64,000 nucleotides of DNA, from the NCBI RefSeq assembly GCF_001194135.2, contig NC_068982.1, forward strand, positions 53,830,641 to 53,894,640, given 5' to 3'. This document shows, in pieces, positions 34,039-47,557 of this stretch. The notes under the pieces are model-generated. The model saw only the letters and a list, made by a program, of their open reading frames with translations. It was not told the origin of the DNA and searched no databases. This DNA comes from Octopus bimaculoides (Eukaryota). The translations under genes and the position numbers were made by a program. How positions within the stretch are numbered: position 1 is the first letter of the stretch; every line of letters begins with the position of its first letter.

Positions 34039-35426
34039 CCACCCATACACTCACAGATGCATACATACTTATGCATACGACTACACACAATTTTCTGAAA
34101 ATAACAATGGGAGGAAGGCTGGAATAGATGTCTTTGTGTGTTTACTAATATCAATATTAATAAACATGGCGCATAAGCGGAAATGTTCTAATTTTCTGCA
34201 ACAATCGTTTTAAATGATTGGCTAAGTAGAACAGTAATTAACTTATAAGTACAATAGATTCAAATATATTCTATTGTGGTGAAATGTTTGCCTTCCTCCT
34301 CTTTGTCAAATGTTTTTTGTATGTTAGTGAAATGTTCTTTTGCCCGCTGGACCATATATTTTTGTAAATAGCACGGATTTACTTCCTTGTATTTTCTGAA
34401 ACCCACATCCAACACAACAAAAACACTACCACCACCTAAATCTACCACAACCACCTAAAACTACCACAACCACCATTACAACCGCTACCACTATCATTGT
34501 TTCAGCCACCGCCGCCGCNNNNNNNNNNNNNNNNNNNNNNNNNNNNNNNNNNNNNNNNNNNNNNNNNNNNNNNNNNNNNNNNNNNNNNNNNNNNNNNNNN
34601 NNNNNNNNNNNNNNNNNNNNNNNNNNNNNNNNNNNNNNNNNNNNNNNNNNNNNNNNNNNNNNNNNNNNNNNNNNNNNNNNNNNNNNNNNNNNNNNNNNNN
34701 NNNNNNNNNNNNNNNNNNNNNNNNNNNNNNNNNNNNNNNNNNNNNNNNNNNNNNNNNNNNNNNNNNNNNNNNNNNNNNNNNNNNNNNNNNNNNNNNNNNN
34801 NNNNNNNNNNNNNNNNNNNNNNNNNNNNNNNNNNNNNNNNNNNNNNNNNNNNNNNNNNNNNNNNNNNNNNNNNNNNNNNNNNNNNNNNNNNNNNNNNNNN
34901 NNNNNNNNNNNNNNNNNNNNNNNNNNNNNNNNNNNNNNNNNNNNNNNNNNNNNNNNNNNNNNNNNNNNNNNNNNNNNNNNNNNNNNNNNNNNNNNNNNNN
35001 NNNNNNNNNNNNNNNNNNNNNNNNNNNNNNNNNNNNNNNNNNNNNNNNNNNNNNNNNNNNNNNNNNNNNNNNNNNNNNNNNNNNNNNNNNNNNNNNNNNN
35101 NNNNNNNNNNNNNNNNNNNNNNNNNNNNNNNNNNNNNNNNNNNNNNNNNNNNNNNNNNNNNNNNNNNNNNNNNNNNNNNNNNNNNNNNNNNNNNNNNNNN
35201 NNNNNNNNNNNNNNNNNNNNNNNNNNNNNNNNNNNNNNNNNNNNNNNNNNNNNNNNNNNNNNNNNNNNNNNNNNNNNNNNNNNNNNNNNNNNNNNNNNNN
35301 NNNNNNNNNNNNNNNNNNNNNNNNNNNNNNNNNNNNNNNNNNNNNNNNNNNNNNNNNNNNNNNNNNNNNNNNNNNNNNNNNNNNNNNNNNNNNNNNNNNN
35401 NNNNNNNNNNNNNNNNNNNNNNNNNN

Positions 35427-35476
<50 letters not shown>

Positions 35477-36079
35477 TTAAGGGCAAAATCTTCAAATCAC
35501 TAAAACATTCCGACCCAGTATTTTCTCTAAAGGCTGTGTGTGAGTTTGTGTTGGTGTGTATGTGAGTGTGTGTGAGTGCGCACGCGCGTACGTTTATTGT
35601 TTAATTGATGTTAGCCATCAAAAGCACAAATATGCAAATTAAGCTATTCGTTACGGTGATAGCCTAATTTAAGACTGTTTAATTTAGCAGCTGAATATTC
35701 TATGCCATTGATTAAGAAACGAAACCGAGTATAACTTTCCTGAAGCCCGATCAACACACCACAAAACAGTTCCGTACATCAAAAGCATAAAGAGAATGTA
35801 CTCGCATTCTCATTTGTTTCAAAGCTATGCCTTCTATTCGAATTTATTCATTTCTGCTACTGTTGTTTCTCTAGAGAACATAGAATTGGCAGAAACGGTT
35901 GAATGCTAGATTGTCACGCGTCTAAATTTACCAAATCTAATCCATACCATTTTCCCCTTCAAAGTTTGACAATAACACACTATAAATTTGTGATCTTGTG
36001 TTAAATGGAGAAATCATTATTTGCAAGGGTCTGCACATGTAGAATTTTAACAGGATGTGTGCGTTGTATGCAAGGTGAA

Positions 36080-36385
36080 GTTGCGTGGCTAAATGATTAG
36101 GACATTCCGCTCACGACCGTAAGGTCGTGAGTTCGATTCCCGGCGGTGCGTTATTTCACGTTTATTTCACGTTGCTCCAGTCAACTCAGCTGGCAAAAAT
36201 TCGTAATACATGTGTTTCAAAGGGACAGCCTTGTCACATTCTATGTCATGTTGAATCTTCCTGAGAACTAAGTTAAGGGTACGCATGTCTGCAGAGTGCT
36301 CAGCCACTTGCACGTTAGTTTCACGAGCCGGCTGTTCTGTTGACTGGATCAACTGGAACCCTCGTCGTCGTAACCGACGTAGTGT
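36080..36385 (+). mobile_element. SINE family B, full length
   Basis: GCGTGGCTAAATGATTAGGACATTCCGCTCACGACCGTAAGGTCGTGAGTTCGATTCCCGGC head; 3' end CCCTCGTCGTCGTAACCGACG.AGTG.C. Confidence 0.85.
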
Positions 36386-37486
36386 CAGTCTAATATGTAT
36401 ATGTATGTATTTATAAAAAGCGTTTGTTCAGGATTTGTACGCATTTGTTTATGAATGAAACTTTAAGGTTACCTGTGTATGATTACATAGGTTACATACA
36501 TATCTTAGTCAACGTGCATACGTTTGGTAGTTTTAATATTCTGTTCGGATACATGGCTGATGTTTTTAACAAATGCTTCATCATAATAATTCTCATTTAT
36601 TTTACTACGTAGACATATCAACAATTCTCAACAGTTCTTATATTCTATAACGTTGACGTCACTTTTAGCTATGGAAAATATTGTAGGGTTGAACATGATG
36701 CTCTAAGATTTGGTATTTGAATCCTGAAATGTCTTTCTGAGTTAGCATTACGTTTGATGCTCCCGGTTGATAAAACATTTACCAATATTTACTGGTATCT
36801 AATCACTTGGTTAATTCCTGTTTTCTCACAAAAGTGGCAATGTATCTGGATATATATTACATTCATGCACAAGAACACTCACATATAAGCATACACACAT
36901 AAATATGTGCACAAACACAGACACTAACATAAATCACGCAAAAGATCGCTATCGCTGTATTTCTGTAATCGCAAGGTCGATGAGGACAAGTTTTGGTGCT
37001 GTGAATATTCGGTGCAATTTTCTGCAAAAAATACTTGGAGTATTTTGGCAGTTGATATTTATTGTAATTTATGGAGGTGAAATAAGGGCAGTGTATATGC
37101 TTTGTCACACTAGATATATTACAGTACTTAATTTGCAGCCTCATATTACTAAGTTCAAATTTACATGTCAACGAAGGAGCCTCTACGTGGCCGCTCTATC
37201 TAGAAGAACCAGCTGCCAAATTTCCTTTAAGAAACATCATGAATGTTTTAAAAAATGAATGACACATTTTGCAACGTAATTCCGCAATAAATTGATGAGA
37301 TTCTCACGAGTGGAACGTCTTTAATGATAGCAGAATTCCTACAAAATTAACAGCAACAACCAAATCAAATTGACCAAACGTCATTTCAGCTTTAAAAACT
37401 AAGGTTAATGAATTCGTCTGTATTTCTGCTGCAAATAGCTTATCGAAGAAACTGCCCAAACTACGATTATTATTATCATTATTACT

Positions 37487-37792
<306 letters not shown>

Positions 37793-38972
37793 TTTGCACA
37801 GCTTCTAATGCTGGAGATGTACTACATTGTCAGCTGTCCACTACCAGTGAACTAAGGTAACACCTCTTNNNNNNNNNNNNNNNNNNNNNNNNNNNNNNNN
37901 NNNNNNNNNNNNNNNNNNNNNNNNNNNNNNNNNNNNNNNNNNNNNNNNNNNNNNNNNNNNNNNNNNNNNNNNNNNNNNNNNNNNNNNNNNNNNNNNNNNN
38001 NNNNNNNNNNNNNNNNNNNNNNNNNNNNNNNNNNNNNNNNNNNNNNNNNNNNNNNNNNNNNNNNNNNNNNNNNNNNNNNNNNNNNNNNNNNNNNNNNNNN
38101 NNNNNNNNNNNNNNNNNNNNNNNNNNNNNNNNNNNNNNNNNNNNNNNNNNNNNNNNNNNNNNNNNNNNNNNNNNNNNNNNNNNNNNNNNNNNNNNNNNNN
38201 NNNNNNNNNNNNNNNNNNNNNNNNNNNNNNNNNNNNNNNNNNNNNNNNNNNNNNNNNNNNNNNNNNNNNNNNNNNNNNNNNNNNNNNNNNNNNNNNNNNN
38301 NNNNNNNNNNNNNNNNNNNNNNNNNNNNNNNNNNNNNNNNNNNNNNNNATATATATATATATAAACAATGAGTAATACATCGCCAGTTTAAGAGCAGCAT
38401 TGTTACCAAGTATTGCGCAGTGAGATCAAACAATTAAATCTAACTTCGGCATTCGTTAGAGACTATCGCTGCTTGTATTCAGGTTTTGTGTTATGTTTGG
38501 GAAATTTCTATTTTCAGGTTTGTACTTATTGTGATTTTAGACTAAATTGTTTGAATTATTACAGTCTGTTCGTGTTGTGAGATACGGTGAATTTGACAAT
38601 AGAAAATCTACCACTAGAGGTAGATTCACACAATTGATACATTCTAACATAAACATTGCAAACCACGTGATTTAATATTTAAGTAACTACATAGCTATCC
38701 AATTTTGCAGTGAAAATTTCATTTCTGTGTTTCTTAACCCCAAAAGAATTGTAACGAATTCATTTTTAAATTAATATCTATATCTACGTTGGTTGTGGAG
38801 GAGTATATTTTTCAAATTCAGAAGATCTCTTCCAAAAATGCATGGGTAATATAGGTGTAAACTAGATACATTTACGGTAAGAATTTATATTCCATACTAT
38901 TATTACATCTCATATTTGTAGCAGCACGAGTATTTCATTGTTAAATTTATATATATATTTACATATACACAC

Positions 38973-39196
38973 ACATGAGAGGGTGCTGAAAATTTTCTGG
39001 CCTTGAGTAAAAGAAAATACAAGAGAATCAATTAATTATGGTTTTATTCAACGTATTCCCCTCTCATATTCACACACTAATTGCAACGGTCCTCTTCAGT
39101 TTTTCTAAGCACTGTAAAAGAGCTCGCAAGGTTGGGTCTCCAACCAGGCCTTTCGTGATACCGTTAAAGCCAGGAACTTTTCAGCCCCACCTCGTA
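38973..39196. mobile_element. mariner-type MITE (~225 bp)
   Basis: Imperfect TIRs TGAGAGGGTGCTGAAAATTTTCTGGC and GCCAGGAACTTTTCAGCCCCACCTCGTA; non-coding interior. Confidence 0.7.
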
Positions 39197-39639
39197 AATA
39201 TATATATATATANNNNNNNNNNNNNNNNNNNNNNNNNNNNNNNNNNNNNNNNNNNNNNNNNNNNNNNNNNNNNNNNNNNNNNNNNNNNNNNNNNNNNNNN
39301 NNNNNNNNNNNNNNNNNNNNNNNNNNNNNNNNNNNNNNNNNNNNNNNNNNNNNNNNNNNNNNNNNNNNNNNNNNNNNNNNNNNNNNNNNNNNNNNNNNNN
39401 NNNNNNNNNNNNNNNNNNNNNNNNNNNNNNNNNNNNNNNNNNNNNNNNNNNNNNNNNNNNNNNNNNNNNNNNNNNNNNNNNNNNNNNNNNNNNNNNNNNN
39501 NNNNNNNNNNNNNNNNNNNNNNNNNNNNNNNNNNNNNNNNNNNNNNNNNNNNNNNNNNNNNNNNNNNNNNNNNNNNNNNNNTTACGAGGTGGGGCTGAAA
39601 AGTTATATATATATAAATCATCAGAGGGTACGATCTTGA

Positions 39640-39905
39640 AAAGTGTACATGGTTACCTAAGAAACATTGATAACAAACTCAAAAGAAACAATAATGTAAA
39701 AACTGCATCAGTAAGGTTAGCATTAAACAAGATGTCCACAAAATGGGAATCGAATTACCTCAAAACAGTTTTTCAGGGTTGTTGTAAAAAGCAGCATTGA
39801 TATATGAATCTGAATGTTGGGCACTAAGCAGTAATAGCAAATTAAGTGGAACAAATACCAATATGTTAGAGAAAGTTTCATGGCAACATTTACCGAACAA
39901 TGAAT
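39640..39905 (+). mobile_element. RTE-clade LINE fragment (C-terminal part of RT region)
   Basis: KTVFRVVVKAALIYESECWAL...LSGTNTNML.KVSWQHLPNNELY resembles FRATVESVLLYGSETW.L...LDGTYTRMLR...SWQ.H..N.ELY. Confidence 0.6.
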
Positions 39906-39944
39906 TGTATATGATATACATATATATATATATTGGAAACATAC

Positions 39945-40262
39945 AAACTGGTACTGCGTCGGTTACGACGAGGGTTCTAGTTGACCCAATCAACGGAACA
40001 ACCTGATCTTGAAATTAACGGACAAGTGGCTGTGATCTCCATGGACACTCATACCCTCAACCTAGTTCTCATGGGGATGCAACATGGCACGGAATGTCTC
40101 AAGTTTAACCCTTTGAAATACAGTTACAACTCATTTTTTGCCAGCTGAGTTGACTGGGGCAACGTCAGATAAAATGTCTTGCTCGAAGACACTACGTGCT
40201 GCCGGATATCGAACCCATGACCATACGACCGTGGGCGATTATCCTAGCCACTAAACCGCACG
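39945..40262 (-). mobile_element. SINE family B
   Basis: Reverse-oriented head (CGGTTTAGTGGCTAGG...GGGTTCGATATCC), GAGCAAGACATTTT, CAGCTGGCAAAAAATGAG and the CCCTCGTCGTAACCGACG end. Confidence 0.8.
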
Positions 40263-40995
40263 TTTTTACCGCAAACGTACAATTCTTAAGAGAAACCGTT
40301 GACGCAGACTTATGTTTATGTCACTGCGTTAGCAAAGAAAAGATTAAGTTGTGCATCTGTATATATANNNNNNNNNNNNNNNNNNNNNNNNNNNNNNNNN
40401 NNNNNNNNNNNNNNNNNNNNNNNNNNNNNNNNNNNNNNNNNNNNNNNNNNNNNNNNNNNNNNNNNNNNNNNNNNNNNNNNNNNNNNNNNNNNNNNNNNNN
40501 NNNNNNNNNNNNNNNNNNNNNNNNNNNNNNNNNNNNNNNNNNNNNNNNNNNNNNNNNNNNNNNNNNNNNNNNNNNNNNNNNNNNNNNNNNNNNNNNNNNN
40601 NNNNNNNNNNNNNNNNNNNNNNNNNNNNNNNNNNNNNNNNNNNNNNNNNNNNNNNNNNNNNNNNNNNNNNNNNNNNNNNNNNNNNNNNNNNNNNNNNNNN
40701 NNNNNNNNNNNNNNNNNNNNNNNNNNNNNNNNNNNNNNNNNNNNNNNNNNNNNNNNNNNNNNNNNNNNNNNNNNNNNNNNNNNNNNNNNNNNNNNNNNNN
40801 NNNNNNNNNNNNNNNNNNNNNNNNNNNNNNNNNNNNNNNNNNNNNNNNNNNNNNNATATATGCAATTGCCTGAAGCGAGAATTTTCCCCATGGCAAACTA
40901 CTTTGAAAACGGCGTTTTACGGGTTAAGAAAGTTCCAAAATAATCTAAATACTTAATTCAGAACACTGCTTTCACATGCCTACTAAGTATATGTA

Positions 40996-41340
40996 CAGGG
41001 GTGTTCATTAAATATTCCCCTGACCCACTTCCCAAGGACTGAGATGAACAAGACTTAGCATAATTATTAGTTCTTCTCTATATAGCCACCACCAATGGTG
41101 ACACACTTCTCCCATCGCTTTACCTCGGAAATATCATCATTATCTGAAAAGTGCTTCCTCTTCAAAAAAGACTTCATGGCTGGAAAGAGGAGGAATTCAG
41201 ATGGTCCGAGGTCGGGAGAGTAAGAAGGATAAGGAAATATTTCATAACCGCAGGAGTATGCCTTCATCTGGGCAACATGCGCATTGTGAACCGGGGTATC
41301 GTCTTGGAGGAGTTAAACTCCTATGGTCAATATGCCAGCC
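40996..41340 (-). mobile_element. mariner transposon 3' fragment (DD34D type)
   Basis: LLQDDTPVHNAHVAQMKAYSCGYEIFPYPSYSPDLGPSEFLLFPAMK...RWEKCVTIGGGYIEK, with 34 residues between D and the PSE/PSD position. The terminus reads TA then CAGGGGTGTTCATTAAATATT. Confidence 0.85.
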
Positions 41341-41764
41341 TCTCTGCTTTGACGGCGCATGCGCGCGTGCGTGCGTACATGCGTGCGTGTCTTTGTGTGT
41401 ATGTGTGTGTGTATGTGTATGAGTATGTGTGTGTGTATAGCAATGTATTTTAATGATGGTTCGCGAAATATTCCTATATATTTACACTGTTTCTATATCC
41501 ACAATAAACGTTGTATAACAATGAGTGTTGAGGTTTAGCCACACAGAAATCAAATCAGAACAAGTAGATTTAAATTTGAAATTTAATCTATTCGTGCTTG
41601 TCCTGATTTTCATTGTAAAATATCGCATGTAGAACAATGTTTTATGTTTAAGACGAAAGGATGTAATTTGAGGTTTTTTATGTGTTATTTCTAGCAAGTG
41701 GAGCCACCTCATAAAGACAACCAAGACCGCTTCGTCCTAGAGTGTTTATATCTGTATATGAATA

Positions 41765-41978
41765 TTAGTTTCAAATTTTGGCATTAGGCCAGCAGTTGCG
41801 AGGCATGGGTAAGTCGATTATATCGATCCCACTGCTCAACTGGTACTTATTTTATCGACCTCAAAAGGATGAAAGACAAAGTCAACTTCGGCGGAGTTTG
41901 AACTCAGAAAGTAAAGGTGGACAAAATGCCGCTAAGCCTTCTGCCAGGCATGCTAACGATTCTGCCAGCTCGCCACCC
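41765..41978 (-). mobile_element. SINE family A
   Basis: TTTCAAATTTTGGCA..AGGCCAGC...TGAACTCAGAA...GCTAACGATTCTGCCAGCTCGCC. Confidence 0.85.
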
Positions 41979-42126
41979 TATATCTATATATGAATATCAG
42001 TATGCCAGATAATACCGGATTATATATATACAAGATTATATGTATATAGGACACAGATACATAAGTACATATACATGCATACATACATACATGTATGTGT
42101 GTGTGTGTGTGTGCGTGCGTGTGTGC

Positions 42127-42164
<38 letters not shown>

Positions 42165-42231
42165 CTACATACATGCATACGTACGTATATATATACATAT
42201 ATGCATACATATATACATACATATTGTTATA

Positions 42232-42469
42232 TATAATCATAAATATATAGGGATTAGTAGAAATCCTGCTTCTCCAACATACTGAGAATTCAGAAACAGC
42301 AGCCAAAGAACTACTGATTCTAAAACTACAAATTATTCTCTAATTGATCGCTATCAATTAGAGAAAAATTTGTAGTTTTAGAATCAGTAGTTCTTTGGCT
42401 GCTGTTTCTGAATTCTCAGTATGTTGGAGAAGCAGGTTTTCTGCTAATCCCTATATATTTATGATTATA
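42232..42469. repeat. Near-perfect palindrome: 117-bp arms, 4-nt loop (CGCT), 3 mismatches
   Basis: 42232-42348 is the reverse complement of 42353-42469. Confidence 0.95.
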
Positions 42470-42574
42470 AATGGCTTTACCGAAAAGGTTTTTTCATACT
42501 GAGCTACCCGGCATAATTGTTAATTATTAATTTTATTACTAATTGACGATTCCCTGCCCTGTATATCTATATTG

Positions 42575-42613
<39 letters not shown>

Positions 42614-44122
42614 CATACATACACCCCCCCACACACACACATACATATGTGTGCACGTGAGCGTGTGTCTGATGCGCGCGCGAGCGTATGTACTGCTTCT
42701 ATAAATCGTTTTAATCGTTTAATCACAGCTACATTTGACATGATGACATGAACTCATTGACCTTTTGATTGTGTACGCAAACTACGTTTCTGTGTTTTAT
42801 GTGCATTTGTCTGAATGTATGTGTGCGTGAGGGTCAGTTTATATACGTACAAACATATATACATGCATACAAAACATGCATTCATACATACATACATACA
42901 TGCATACATACATGCACACATGCATACATATATACGTACATACATGCAAACACGTACACATATGCGTAAACGTGTGCGTGATTTAATATAGTACAGATTC
43001 TGATAAATAAGTGTTTACATACATTAAGAAGTATAACGAGTAATTGTGTACATACATACACATACATACACATACATACACATACAGATATATATATATG
43101 CGGGGGTTGGACNNNNNNNNNNNNNNNNNNNNNNNNNNNNNNNNNNNNNNNNNNNNNNNNNNNNNNNNNNNNNNNNNNNNNNNNNNNNNNNNNNNNNNNN
43201 NNNNNNNNNNNNNNNNNNNNNNNNNNNNNNNNNNNNNNNNNNNNNNNNNNNNNNNNNNNNNNNNNNNNNNNNNNNNNNNNNNNNNNNNNNTATATCAAAT
43301 ACAAACATATATATAAATATAAATATATGAACATATATATGTATTTATGTGTGTGTATATATATATATATATATCCATACACATATACACACATGTATAT
43401 ATATATGTATGTATATATATATCAGACCTGGTCAACCCGCATTATTCCGAGAATGATCTCATATTATATATGTTTCTTTTTATTTTCTTGCTTGTTTAAT
43501 ATTATATTTGTGTCTGTAAACTCCCAACATTCCGATGGTCTCGAAGTTATAAGCATTTAATATGTCGTTATTGTTGTTTGTACATGACTTAACCGATAAT
43601 AAGCTGCCACCCACCTTTTCTTCTACCATATTCCAATATGGCCGAACTTTCAGTCACGGCTTCTCCTTACATGATTAAGCTATGTGTCTTGTCGTGACTG
43701 CACCTAAAAGAAAATGGACGCATTCACCCTAATTCTCGAGTATGTAGATTAAACGCTACGCTGGACGTAACACACCTATGTTAATTGACTTTTCTTTCTT
43801 CTGTCGCGTACAACCTCACATCGACACTATTTTGCCGTCTACAGCCGCACAGGGAGACCACATTTACAATTAAACAATGTGTGGAATTTTTATTGTATTT
43901 TGATGTGTGTGGTTGTTTAAATGTATGTATGTATGCTGTCCGCGCGGTCACTGACTCACATTGACGCACAAAACCGCATCAGTTGCATATTGATGCATTA
44001 ACAAGAACTTATGGTTTACCCTTGTAATACAGGCGTTCAGGCACAAGCGAACGCGAGCGTGTGTGCGTGTTCACGTACTCTTGCGCACAAACACGCATAT
44101 CAACATTCCCCCCATATACTCG

Positions 44123-44160
<38 letters not shown>

Positions 44161-44204
44161 CATATAAATATCGATACACACACACAAACGCACACATATA
44201 TGTA

Positions 44205-44252
<48 letters not shown>

Positions 44253-44839
44253 CACACACACACATACATATATATATACATATATATGTATGTATGTATT
44301 ACGTACGTATATCAATCGATCAAACGAATAGAGATGGCTGTATGGCATTTATGAATTAGTTACGATCGTTTCGATAACTGATGGAATTATTCAATCAACA
44401 TGATACATTACATGTATAACAATATAAAAAAATTATACACACACATATATATATGTGTGTGTGTGTGTCTGTGTAAGCAATATTAAATGAAAATATCACC
44501 GCGAGACACATCATGGTATTGCTTCGTTGAGTAATCGTTGGTATTTTCATATACTATTGCAAGGACTTAAATAATTTATACATTTGTATTTCAGTAGTAT
44601 AAACTACCAAGTTTGATGTAACAATTCCATTAAGTGTCGAAACAATCGTAATTAATTAACAATTAAATATCCGTATTGCTTTAATCGTTATATATTATTT
44701 TATACACTTCGATAGATAAAATATTGATATAACTTTATTTCCCTGATTTTCAATTTGTATAAAACATTTTTGAATGAACTGCACGATTTTTTAAATTTAC
44801 CATGTTCTGTGAGCCGGGATTTCCCTGTATCCGCCTGTA

Positions 44840-45150
44840 TCACAAAGGTATTGACAAGGACTTACTTTGTAAGTGTAGTACGTATTCTATCGTTTTTTTT
44901 TGCCCAACCGCTAAGTTACAAGCACATTAACACACAAACATCGGTTGTGAAGCGATGGTGCGGGGCGATAAACACAGACACACAAACATATACATATATA
45001 TACATATATACGACGGGCTTTTTTCAGTTTCTGTCTACCAAATACACTCACAAGGCTATAGTAGAAGACACTTGCCCAAGGTGCTACGCAGTGGGACTGA
45101 ACCAGGAACCATGTGGTTGAGAAGCAAGCCTCTTACCACACAGCCATGCC
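44840..45150 (-). mobile_element. SINE family C
   Basis: AACCGCTAAGTTAC...ACATCGGTTGTGAAGCG, microsatellite, CGACGGGCTTTTTTCAGTTTCTGTCTACCAAAT.CACTCACAAGGC...CTTGCCCAAGGTGCTACGCAGTGGGACTGAACC...CTTACCACACAGCC. Confidence 0.85.
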
Positions 45151-45180
45151 TGCGCCTATATGTTTTATATACGATGATGA

Positions 45181-45214
<34 letters not shown>

Positions 45215-45885
45215 GTGTGTGTCTGTGTGTTGTACAGAGATAAACAGAAAGGGAAAAGAGAAGAGAGAGCCCCAGCACGTAAGCGAGGGAGAGATAATAA
45301 AATAGAAATACAGGAATATATGAAGACACTGACACAAACGTTATATTTATGTATATTTGGGTTTGCATGGGTTTATATGTTTATATGGATGTGTGTTACA
45401 TTGGTGGTCACGAACGAGTTTAAGCCAGAAAATATTTATATAACTAGGGTGTATTAAAAGAAAGAACGAAAGAAAGAAAGAAAGAAATGATGAGAAAAAG
45501 GAGGAGGAGGAGGAGGAGGGGGAGGAGAAGAAGAAGGAGGAGGAGGAGGAGGAGGAGAAGAAGAAGAAGAAGAAAAAGAAGAAGAAGCAGAAGAAGAAGA
45601 AGAAGAAGAAGAAGAAGAAGAAGAAGAATGAAGCAATGCAAGTATGCCGTGCCGTGAGAGAAAGGGGAAAAAAATGATGGAAAAGGTAGAAATTATTGCT
45701 TAAAAAGAAGAAGGAAAAAAAACAACAATATATATGAGGTGACAGTTCTAAATAGACGAAAACTAATATGACTGAGTTTATGGAGCCAACGATATATTTG
45801 CTGTCTTTTTATGATAACCGACACTGTTTTTCTAACGACAATGAATATAAATACGATCTTTTTAGTCCTTGCTTTTAAAGTTATC

Positions 45886-45938
<53 letters not shown>

Positions 45939-45940
45939 CA

Positions 45941-46560
45941 TTCAGTAGTGGTCTTATTTTTATTGCGCGCTTTCGCTGCACCAATGAGTGCAGCTCTGTG
46001 CGCCTAAAGTATTATTTTGTTTCATATTGGTGTTTTGTTTTGCATTAGCAGTATTCGACGTAATAATATGTGCTGCCACGATTTGTACTACTATCTCCCA
46101 TTTGTTGTACGTAATTGCTTGCATCTGGTGTTTTTCTTTGTGTATTTATCTCCAAATTTTTTTGATCGTTCTTAAGGCATAATTTGATATGAAGAGTCTT
46201 CCTTTTTTCACCCTGATCATTTCAGTATCATTATTTTGGACAATTTCTTCATTTCTTTTGGGGATATATAATCTTTTGGTATTGATTCTTCGATTCGAAA
46301 ACATTGCCTTTACTAGGAACTCAACATAACATTATCCGACTGTTTGGCCTTGATCTATCTCTCTGTCTATGTTGATTGACACATCCCAGGGCATGGTTGC
46401 TTTGTACTGTATATACCTGGTAGCTTACTTCCTCCTGTATTGCGTGTTCGTTTCTTTTTTGCATCTGTTATTTTATTATTGATCTTCTATATAAATGAAT
46501 CTATATCATTTAACTTGGTGTTTTTTTTTTTTACACGAACTGAGAAGATATATTACAGAA
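45941..46560 (-). mobile_element. Older, heavily decayed R4/Dong-like RLE copy (subfamily 1) ending in (TAA)n at 45887-45940
   Basis: The 3' end GGCGCACAGAGCTGCACTC...GAAAGCGCG.AATAAAAATAAGACCACTACTGAA matches 21480-21540. Upstream remnants read ATMPWDVSINIDREI, KAKQSD, SIPKD and SPKEMKKLSK. Confidence 0.75.
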
Positions 46561-46750
46561 CTATTATTTTAACGAGTTATATCTATTTATCACCCTAAAA
46601 TACATATTTACTTCGTTGGATGTTCCTGAACCGTTGGATGCTCCAGAACCGTTGGATGCTCCGTGAGGTATCGATGTAAGACGGGTCGAAACAATTGTAG
46701 CGATTAGTAATAATTCTCGTATCTTCCAGCTTTCGTCTTTCATTAACCAA

Positions 46751-46789
<39 letters not shown>

Positions 46790-47557
46790 NNNNNNNNNNN
46801 NNNNNNNNNNNNNNNNNNNNNNNNNNNNNNNNNNNNNNNNNNNNNNNNNNNNNNNNNNNNNNNNNNNNNNNNNNNNNNNNNNNNNNNNNNNNNNNNNNNN
46901 NNNNNNNNNNNNNNNNNNNNNNNNNNNNNNNNNNNNNNNNNNNNNNNNNNNNNNNNNNNNNNNNNNNNNNNNNNNNNNNNNNNNNNNNNNNNNNNNNNNN
47001 NNNNNNNNNNNNNNNNNNNNNNNNNNNNNNNNNNNNNNNNNNNNNNNNNNNNNNNNNNNNNNNNNNNNNNNNNNNNNNNNNNNNNNNNNNNNNNNNNNNN
47101 NNNNNNNNNNNNNNNNNNNNNNNNNNNNNNNNNNNNNNNNNNNNNNNNNNNNNNNNNNNNNNNNNNNNNNNNNNNNNNNNNNNNNNNNNNNNNNNNNNNN
47201 NNNNNNNNNNNNNNNNNNNNNNNNNNNNNNNNNNNNNNNNNNNNNNNNNNNNNNNNNNNNNNNNNNNNNNNNNNNNNNNNNNNNNNNNNNNNNNNNNNNN
47301 NNNNNNNNNNNNNNNNNNNNNNNNNNNNNNNNNNNNNNNNNNNNNNNNNNNNNNNNNNNNNNNNNNNNNNNNNNNNNNNNNNNNNNNNNNNNNNNNNNNN
47401 NNNNNNNNNNNNNNNNNNNNNNNNNNNNNNNNNNNNNNNNNNNNNNNNNNNNNNNNNNNNNNNNNNNNNNNNNNNNNNNNNNNNNNNNNNNNNNNNNNNN
47501 NNNNNNNNNNNNNNNNNNNNNNNNNNNNNNNNNNNNNNNNNNNNNNNNNNNNNNNNN

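Noticed and set aside
35600-35720. Octamer ATGCAAAT (35632) plus several TAAT sites
   Set aside because: These motifs are common in AT-rich DNA; without conservation data there is no support for an enhancer call.
39582-39605. Second MITE terminus (TTACGAGGTGGGGCTGAAAAGTT) mirroring 39176-39197 across a gap
   Set aside because: An exact short inverted copy at a gap edge is most simply an assembly artefact or the start of another MITE copy; it is not informative.
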